DNA of 64,000 nt from Methanocaldococcus sp. 16A (GTDB lineage Archaea; AGJL01; Methanococci; Methanococcales; Methanocaldococcaceae). Below are positions 58,082-64,000 of this stretch, piece by piece. Position 1 is the stretch's first letter. Every line of letters starts with the position of its first letter. The stretch lies in assembly GCA_049860595.1 (NCBI GenBank), contig CP187551.1, one strand, 5' to 3'. Position numbers and translations under genes: made by a program. Under the pieces are notes generated by a model. It searched no databases. It saw only the letters and a program-made list of their open reading frames with translations, and was not told where the DNA came from.

Positions 58082-58085
58082 GATT

Positions 58086-58493
58086 ATGGTAAATGTTGAA
58101 AGAATTAGCATATCATTTTCAAAATTTCTTTTAAAAGAGATAGATGATGTTGTTAAAAAGAAGGGATATTCGAGTAGAAGTGAATTGATAAGAGACGCTG
58201 TGAGAAAACATATCTTAGAAAGTAACTCATTAGATAAAGAAGGAAACATTAGTGGGATTATTATTGTTGTCTATACACCAACAAAAGAGTCTATGGAAAA
58301 AATGAGTAAGTTGTATTTTGAATATAACGATGTAGTTAAATCATTAAATCAATCATACATAACAACATCATGTGGTAAAAATAAGAAAGTAGAGATTTTT
58401 GTTGTTGAAGGGAATGCAAAGAGAATATCTGAATTTTACGATGGAATTTCAAAGATTGATGGAAAGATTTATGATAAAGTTATTGTATTTTAA
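58086..58493 (+). CDS. CopG/NikR-like ribbon-helix-helix regulator
   Basis: RISISF...LL.EID.....GYSSRSELIRDAVR plus an ACT-like domain lacking the NikR HxH Ni ligands. Confidence 0.85.
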   Translation: MVNVERISISFSKFLLKEIDDVVKKKGYSSRSELIRDAVRKHILESNSLDKEGNISGIIIVVYTPTKESMEKMSKLYFEYNDVVKSLNQSYITTSCGKNKKVEIFVVEGNAKRISEFYDGISKIDGKIYDKVIVF

Positions 58494-58682
58494 TCTTTTT
58501 TAATATTTAGATTAATTAATATTACTTTTTTATTTTTTTTCATACCGATTATATCACTAAACTCTAACAAAAAAATAATTTTTGTTCTCTTTTTCAGATT
58601 AAAAAGGTCAAAAATATTTTTATATTATTGAATACACCATATAATTTGACGACTAAAAATAAAAAATAAAATACGAGGTGAG

Positions 58683-59006
58683 ATGGTGACAAAAGTAGCA
58701 ATTTTAAGATGTGATAGTGCAGCAAAGACCTGCCCTGCAGTTGGATGTGTAACAGCAGCATTAAACAAAAAGGACACATTTAAAGACTATGAGGATGTTG
58801 AGTTCTTAACTATAATAACATGTGGAGGATGTCCAGGAAGATTAGGATTGAATCAAATAAAGCAATTAATAGAAAAGCATGGATTGGAAGTTGTTCATTT
58901 TGCAACCTGCATGAGTGCATTAAAACCAAAATGCAGATATGCTGAAGAAATGAAGGAAGAGATTGAAAAGATGGGAGCAAAGGTTGTTATGGGCTCACAC
59001 TTTTAA
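58683..59006 (+). CDS. CGGC domain metal-binding protein
   Basis: RCD....CP..GC, TCGGCPG and HFATC motifs. Confidence 0.88.
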   Translation: MVTKVAILRCDSAAKTCPAVGCVTAALNKKDTFKDYEDVEFLTIITCGGCPGRLGLNQIKQLIEKHGLEVVHFATCMSALKPKCRYAEEMKEEIEKMGAKVVMGSHF

Positions 59007-59062
59007 ATTAGAACTTTAATTTTTATAATTAGATGAATTTAAATGTTTAAATGGTGGTATTT

Positions 59063-59749
59063 ATGAAAATAACAAAATATAGAGTTGATGTTGACCAGGA
59101 TAAATGTATAGGTTATGAAGAATGTGGGCTTTGTATTAAAGCCTGTGAAGAAAATATTCTAATTCCAGACCCAGAAACTAAAAAAGTTAAGGTTAATAGA
59201 GAAAAAGAAGTTTATTGCGATGGAATAGGAACATGTTTGGACGTATGTCCAGTTAATGCAATAAAAATAACAAAAGAAGTAGTGGATGTTAATGAACATC
59301 AACAACATTCAGAACATAAATGCCCTGGCTCAATGGCAATGACTTTGAAAAGAGAAAAATCTGAAGAAGATAATGATGTAGAGCTAAGTTCAGAGCTAAT
59401 GAACTGGCCTATACAACTTCATCTATTAAATCCAATGGCTCCATATTTCAAAAATGCTGAACTTCTTATAGCAGCAGATTGTGTTCCATTTGCTTATGCT
59501 AATTTCCACAAAAAATTCTTAAAAGGAAAGGTTTTGGCTATTGGATGTCCTAAATTGGATGACACTTCAGGATATGCTGAAAAAATAAGGGCAATTGTTA
59601 AATTAAACAACATTAAAAAAGTTGATGTTGTGATAATGAGCGTTCCTTGCTGTCATGGTTTGTATGCTTTGGTAAAAAAAGCACTTGAGGGAATTGATTG
59701 TGAAATAAAAAGACACATTATTTCAATTAATGGAGAAGTGTTGGAGTAA
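59063..59749 (+). CDS. Ferredoxin-domain Fe-S protein of the type commonly found beside hcp
   Basis: CGLCIKAC and CDGIGTCLDVCP, followed by NWPIQL, AADC, GCPKLD and VPCC. Confidence 0.85.
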   Translation: MKITKYRVDVDQDKCIGYEECGLCIKACEENILIPDPETKKVKVNREKEVYCDGIGTCLDVCPVNAIKITKEVVDVNEHQQHSEHKCPGSMAMTLKREKSEEDNDVELSSELMNWPIQLHLLNPMAPYFKNAELLIAADCVPFAYANFHKKFLKGKVLAIGCPKLDDTSGYAEKIRAIVKLNNIKKVDVVIMSVPCCHGLYALVKKALEGIDCEIKRHIISINGEVLE

Positions 59750-59945
59750 TACTAAAACTAAAACTATTCATAATAATTATATTTAACATACTCACAACTA
59801 TGAGTACTAATTGTCTAAAATTCCAAAGGAAAGTTATCAGAAATCTATTTATATTATTAAAATAAAATAATTAATCGTAAAGCACCAATCTAAAATGTCC
59901 TCGTAAAGGATTGGCTTACAATTAAAAAATTTAATGGGTGAAAGT

Positions 59946-61592
59946 ATGGAATACACTCCAAGACCAACAAATATGTTTTGCTATCAATGCCAAGAGGCTG
60001 CAAGAAATGAGGGATGTACAGTAGTGGGGGTTTGTGGGAAGAGAGATAATGTAGCAAACCTTCAAGATTTATTAGTTTATACTATAAAAGGTTTATGCTA
60101 TGTATGTAATAAAGGTAACTACTTAGATGATGAAGTTATGGAATATATCCCAAAGGCGTTATTTGTAACAATAACAAATGTCAATTTTGACGATCAAGAT
60201 GTGATAGATTGGATAAAGAAAGGAGTAGAGTTAAGAGAAAAAGTTATTGAAAAAGCCAATTTAAATAAAGAAGAACTTCCTCACTGTGCTACATGGACTT
60301 ATAATGATGAGAATGACATAATAGAATTATCAAAAGCTAAGGAAGTTAGTGTTTTAGCAGAAGATAATGAAGATATAAGGTCTTTAAAAGAACTCATAAC
60401 TTATGGAATTAAGGGAATTGGGGCTTATTTAAGCCATGCAATGCATCTCGGTTATAATAATGAGGAAATCCACAAATTTATAGTTAAAGCAATGACAAAA
60501 CTCATTGAATGCAATGATGTAGATGAACTCTTCAATTTAGCAATGGAAACAGGTAAGTATGCAGTAGATACATTGGCATTATTAGATAAAGCAAATACTG
60601 AAACTTACGGACATCCAGAAATAACAGAAGTTAATTTAGGAGTTAGAGACAGACCAGGAATATTGATTAGTGGGCATGATTTAAAAGATTTAGAGCAGTT
60701 ATTAGAGCAAACTAAAGGAACTGGAGTTGATGTCTATACACACTGTGAGATGTTACCAGCACATTACTATCCATTCTTCAAGAAGTATGAGCATTTCGTT
60801 GGAAACTACGGAGGTTCATGGCCACACCAAACAGAAGAGTTTGAGAAATTTAACGGCCCAATAGTCATGACAACAAACTGTTTAGTTCCACCAAAAGATT
60901 CATACAAAGATAGAGTTTATGTCACTGGGGCTGTTGGATATCCAGGATTGAAGAGAATTCCTGTAAGAGAAGATGGAACTAAAGATTTCTCAGAAGTCAT
61001 TGAACATGCTAAGAAATGTAAGCCACCAACACCACTTGAAGAAGGAAAAATCGTTGGAGGATTTGCACACAATCAAGTATTGGCATTGGCAGATAAGATA
61101 ATTGAAGCAGTTAAAAGCGGAAAGATAAGAAAATTCGTTGTAATGGCTGGATGTGATGGAAGACACAAGACAAGAGAATACTACACTGAATTTGCTAAGA
61201 AGTTACCAAAAGACACAGTTATATTAACATGTGGATGTGCAAAATACAGATTCATTAAGTTAGATTTAGGAGACATTGATGGAATTCCAAGGGTATTGGA
61301 TGCTGGGCAATGTAATGATAGCTATTCATTAGCAGTAGTTGCATTGAAATTGAAAGAAGTCCTTGGATTAGATGACATAAATGAACTCCCAATTGCTTAT
61401 AACATTGCATGGTATGAGCAAAAAGCAGTTGCTGTATTATTGGCATTGCTCTACTTAGGAGTTAAGAATATAGTATTAGGCCCGACAATTCCTGCTTTCT
61501 TATCACCAAATGTAGTGAAAGTATTAGTTGAAAAGTTTGGAATCTCAACAATCTCAACAGTTGATGAAGATATTAAGAGATTAGTTGGATAA
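59946..61592 (+). CDS. hcp: Hybrid cluster (prismane) protein / hydroxylamine reductase
   Basis: MFCYQCQE....GCT..GVCGK, SGHD, HCEM, TNC, GCDG, CGC, GQCND and WYEQKA; ligand set complete. Confidence 0.97.
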   Translation: MEYTPRPTNMFCYQCQEAARNEGCTVVGVCGKRDNVANLQDLLVYTIKGLCYVCNKGNYLDDEVMEYIPKALFVTITNVNFDDQDVIDWIKKGVELREKVIEKANLNKEELPHCATWTYNDENDIIELSKAKEVSVLAEDNEDIRSLKELITYGIKGIGAYLSHAMHLGYNNEEIHKFIVKAMTKLIECNDVDELFNLAMETGKYAVDTLALLDKANTETYGHPEITEVNLGVRDRPGILISGHDLKDLEQLLEQTKGTGVDVYTHCEMLPAHYYPFFKKYEHFVGNYGGSWPHQTEEFEKFNGPIVMTTNCLVPPKDSYKDRVYVTGAVGYPGLKRIPVREDGTKDFSEVIEHAKKCKPPTPLEEGKIVGGFAHNQVLALADKIIEAVKSGKIRKFVVMAGCDGRHKTREYYTEFAKKLPKDTVILTCGCAKYRFIKLDLGDIDGIPRVLDAGQCNDSYSLAVVALKLKEVLGLDDINELPIAYNIAWYEQKAVAVLLALLYLGVKNIVLGPTIPAFLSPNVVKVLVEKFGISTISTVDEDIKRLVG

Positions 61593-61674
61593 ATTTCCTA
61601 CATCTATTAAAACTTTCTTTATACTTTATAACCAATTTTTTAAGAAATTTTTAAGAAATTTTGAGGTGGTGTAA

Positions 61675-62025
61675 ATGATAGAAAAAGTTTATGAGTTTAA
61701 GAAGGATGCTACAACAAAGGTTGTTGAAAAAATTGTCAATACCGAGCATGTTCAAATCAATCACATAGTTTTACCAAAAGGAGAGCAAATGCCTAAACAC
61801 TACTCAAACTCTTACGTACATTTAATAATTATTAAAGGAGAGATGACTTTAACCTTAGAAGACCAGGAACCTCACAACTACAAAGAAGGGACTATTGTAT
61901 ATGTGCCATTTAATGTAAAGATGCTCATTCAAAACTTAAATTCTGATATATTAGAGTTCTTTGTAGTAAAAGCTCCACATCCAAAGAAATTAAATGCTCC
62001 TGAAGAGGCCATTAAGTGTGAATAA
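61675..62025 (+). CDS. Cupin domain protein
   Basis: NHIVLPKGEQMPKHYSNS.VH...KG and FFVVKAP motifs. Confidence 0.85.
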   Translation: MIEKVYEFKKDATTKVVEKIVNTEHVQINHIVLPKGEQMPKHYSNSYVHLIIIKGEMTLTLEDQEPHNYKEGTIVYVPFNVKMLIQNLNSDILEFFVVKAPHPKKLNAPEEAIKCE

Positions 62026-62034
62026 ACTAAAAAG

Positions 62035-62047
62035 AACGAAAATCGTA
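62035..62047. promoter_or_regulatory. Putative Ptr2-type operator upstream of the ferredoxin-tusA-dsr genes
   Basis: AACGAAAATCGTA (reverse complement TACGATTTTCGTT), followed by TAAATAA. Confidence 0.6.
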
Positions 62048-62094
62048 TAAAAACAGTTAAATAACCAAAATGAGAAATAAGTATTGGTGATATC

Positions 62095-62280
62095 GTGAAA
62101 GTAACAATAAACTACGACTTGTGTAAAGGTCCAGACTGTGCAGAGTGTGTAAATGCTTGCCCAATGGAAGTCTTTGAGATTCAAGGAGATAAAGTTGTTG
62201 TTGCAAGAGAAGAAGATTGCACAGGATGTGGGGTTTGTATGGATGTATGTCCAACAAATGCTGTTAAAGTTGAAGATTAA
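62095..62280 (+). CDS. Ferredoxin
   Basis: CKGPDCAECVNACP and CTGCGVCMDVCP; GTG start after GGTGA. Confidence 0.92.
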   Translation: MKVTINYDLCKGPDCAECVNACPMEVFEIQGDKVVVAREEDCTGCGVCMDVCPTNAVKVED

Positions 62281-62289
62281 GGTGAGAAA

Positions 62290-62508
62290 ATGGAAACACT
62301 TGATGCAAGGGGTTTGCAGTGTCCAATGCCAATTGTAGAGTTAGCTAAAAAAATGAAGGAATTGAAAGAGGGGGAGGTTTTAGAACTTATTGCTGATGAC
62401 CCAGGGTCTAAGGAAGATGTTCCTGCATGGTGTAAAAGAACAGGAAATGAGTTAATTGAAATGACTGAAGAAAATGGTGTATTCAAATTCAAAATTAAGA
62501 AAAAATAA
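62290..62508 (+). CDS. tusA: TusA/SirA sulfur carrier
   Basis: LDARGLQCPMP and ADDPGS..DVPAWC motifs. Confidence 0.93.
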   Translation: METLDARGLQCPMPIVELAKKMKELKEGEVLELIADDPGSKEDVPAWCKRTGNELIEMTEENGVFKFKIKKK

Positions 62509-62572
62509 GTTCTAATGCATATTAAATCTTTTTAATCAATATTTTTTTCAATTTTCTATTTTTGGTGATATT

Positions 62573-62989
62573 ATGGCAGATAAAATGGCACTCGTTGTCT
62601 CGGAAGGGACATTTGATAAGGCAATGATGGCTTTTATTCTTGGAACTATTGGGGCTACAATGGGGATGGAAGTTCATATATTCTTTACATTTTTTGGTTT
62701 AGAGATTTTAAAGAAAAATGCAAAACCAAAACTTCCAGGGATTTATAGATTGTTTGGAAGTTTAGGAGTAAAGATGATGGAAAAGAAAATGAAAAAAGAA
62801 AATATTGGAAGCTTTGAAGAGATGAGACAGCAAGCTATTGATTTGGGAGTTAAATTATATGCATGTAGCACTTCCATGAGCGTTATGGGAATAAAAAAGG
62901 AAGATTTAATTGATGGAGTTGAGGTTGTTGGTGCTACAAAATTTTTAGATATTGCAATGGATGCAAAGATTCAACTATTTATAGGGTGA
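62573..62989 (+). CDS. DsrE2/DrsE-like protein
   Basis: GTFDK, FFTFFGL, YACSTSM and VGA..FL motifs. Confidence 0.85.
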   Translation: MADKMALVVSEGTFDKAMMAFILGTIGATMGMEVHIFFTFFGLEILKKNAKPKLPGIYRLFGSLGVKMMEKKMKKENIGSFEEMRQQAIDLGVKLYACSTSMSVMGIKKEDLIDGVEVVGATKFLDIAMDAKIQLFIG

Positions 62990-62993
62990 TTAA

Positions 62994-63284
62994 ATGGTTT
63001 TATTCATTCTTTTAAAATCTCCATTTGAATGCAATGCTATTGAACTTATGGAGAGATTGAGAGATGGAAATAATGATGGCGTTTTGCTCGCAGAAGATGC
63101 CATATATTATGCAACAGTATCAAAAGTTAAAGATGAGTTGTTAAAAAAAGGTTATAAGATATATGCGATGCAAGATGACGCTCTTGCAAGAGGATTTGAT
63201 AATATTGAAGATGTTGAGTTAATTGATTACGAAACTGCTGTTGATTTGATTATGGAGAAGTATTCAAAAGTAATATCACTTTAA
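62994..63284 (+). CDS. DsrH/TusB-like protein
   Basis: KSPF, LLAEDAIY and DALARG motifs. Confidence 0.85.
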   Translation: MVLFILLKSPFECNAIELMERLRDGNNDGVLLAEDAIYYATVSKVKDELLKKGYKIYAMQDDALARGFDNIEDVELIDYETAVDLIMEKYSKVISL

Positions 63285-63293
63285 GGTGACATT

Positions 63294-63650
63294 ATGAAGA
63301 CATTAACCATTATTTTGAAATCTGGCTCTATGATGAACATGGACCCAAATTTTGCTTTAAAATTGGCTGAGGCTGCTTTAAAAAAAGGTTATAATGTAAA
63401 TTTATTCTGCTATGGGGAGGGAGTTACAGTTATTAAAAAAGGTCAAAATCCAAAAAGATTCCCAAATATAGAAAAGATTTGCAGGAATCTTATGGAAAAA
63501 GGATTGAAAGTTGCCGCATGTAGCACTTGCGCAAATGCGAGAGGGATATATGAGGAAGATGCCATTGAAGGTTGTAAAATAGGGAGTTTAACTAACGATT
63601 TATCCCAATTTATAGCGGATAGTGATAGAGTTATTACCTTAACAAGGTGA
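63294..63650 (+). CDS. DsrE/TusD-like protein
   Basis: FCYGEGV, ACSTCANARG and SDRVI motifs. Confidence 0.85.
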   Translation: MKTLTIILKSGSMMNMDPNFALKLAEAALKKGYNVNLFCYGEGVTVIKKGQNPKRFPNIEKICRNLMEKGLKVAACSTCANARGIYEEDAIEGCKIGSLTNDLSQFIADSDRVITLTR

Positions 63651-63655
63651 AAATT

Positions 63656-64000
63656 ATGGTTAAGTCATTAATTACTTTAATTTTAAAACCACCCTATGGA
63701 AGTGAAGATTCATTTGCAGGATTGATGTTTGCACTATCTCAAATTGCTAGTGGAATTATTGAGAAATCAGACGTCGTTTTAATGCATGATGGGGTTTATA
63801 ATGCCAAAGCTAACCAAAAACCAGAGACAATAGGGATGCCATCAATTATTGATGTTATAAACAATTTGCAGGCATTTGGTTGCAAAATTTATTGCGTTGA
63901 GGAAGATTTAAAGGAGAGAGAAATTAATGATGTTATAGATGGCATTGAAATCATAAAATCCAAAAAATTAAAAGACATATTAGATGAGTATGATGAAGTA
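63656..64000 (+). CDS. DsrF/TusC-like protein, truncated by the window end
   Basis: Manual translation MVKSLITLILKPPYGSEDSFAGL...MHDGVY...YCVEEDLKERE...; GGTGA SD. Confidence 0.8.
   Translation, partial: MVKSLITLILKPPYGSEDSFAGLMFALSQIASGIIEKSDVVLMHDGVYNAKANQKPETIGMPSIIDVINNLQAFGCKIYCVEEDLKEREINDVIDGIEIIKSKKLKDILDEYDEV

Noticed and set aside
58519-58545. NikR-type operator ATATTA-N15-TCATAC
   Set aside because: Weak symmetry inside a T-rich terminator-like tract; consistent with chance in AT-rich DNA.
61636-61662. Short tandem duplication TTTTTAAGAAA (similar one near 21403-21430)
   Set aside because: Two-copy AT-rich slippage with no evident function.
44908-63650. Hidden selenoproteins (in-frame TGA with SECIS) among the Hdr, hydrogenase-like and DsrE genes
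   Set aside because: The TGA stops seen fall at natural C-termini, often within the next gene's GGTGA-like SD; no catalytic position reads TGA and no convincing SECIS was seen.

Overview
AT-rich (GC-rich only in its stable RNA genes) chromosomal segment of a hyperthermophilic methanogenic archaeon. Gene content, GGTGA Shine-Dalgarno usage, the 16S sequence and the type M RNase P RNA point to Methanocaldococcus. Positions 1-40 kb are mostly housekeeping: translation and RNA modification genes, hcgE, priL, PolD DP1, hmgA, egsA, hypF, an Hmd paralogue, ABCE1, leuB, argD, a six-tRNA cluster running into a complete 16S-tRNA(Ala)-23S-5S operon, and RNase P RNA. Positions 40-64 kb form a dense redox-stress island: an Lrp/Ptr2-like regulator, two FprA, rubrerythrins, hemerythrin, HdrCB, superoxide reductase, rubredoxin, ferritin, peroxiredoxin, Isf, AfpA, Hcp and a TusA/DsrEFH-like sulfur relay. 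The strongest candidate for an undescribed system is a four-gene operon with a catalytically atypical CooS (His->Tyr, Lys->Gln, one D-cluster Cys lost), an FrhA-like subunit with a degenerate NiFe site, and intact-looking FrhG/FrhB-like subunits. It shares a CG-N5-CG operator/TATA architecture with the oxidative-stress genes. Also seen: two families of short palindromic MITE-like elements, a GC-rich double-hairpin insertion with an in-frame duplication of a gene end, a duplicated promoter flanking hemerythrin, a multiply inactivated ogg gene, and two homopolymer frameshifts. All calls come from reading the sequence and recalled family motifs; no searches were run.
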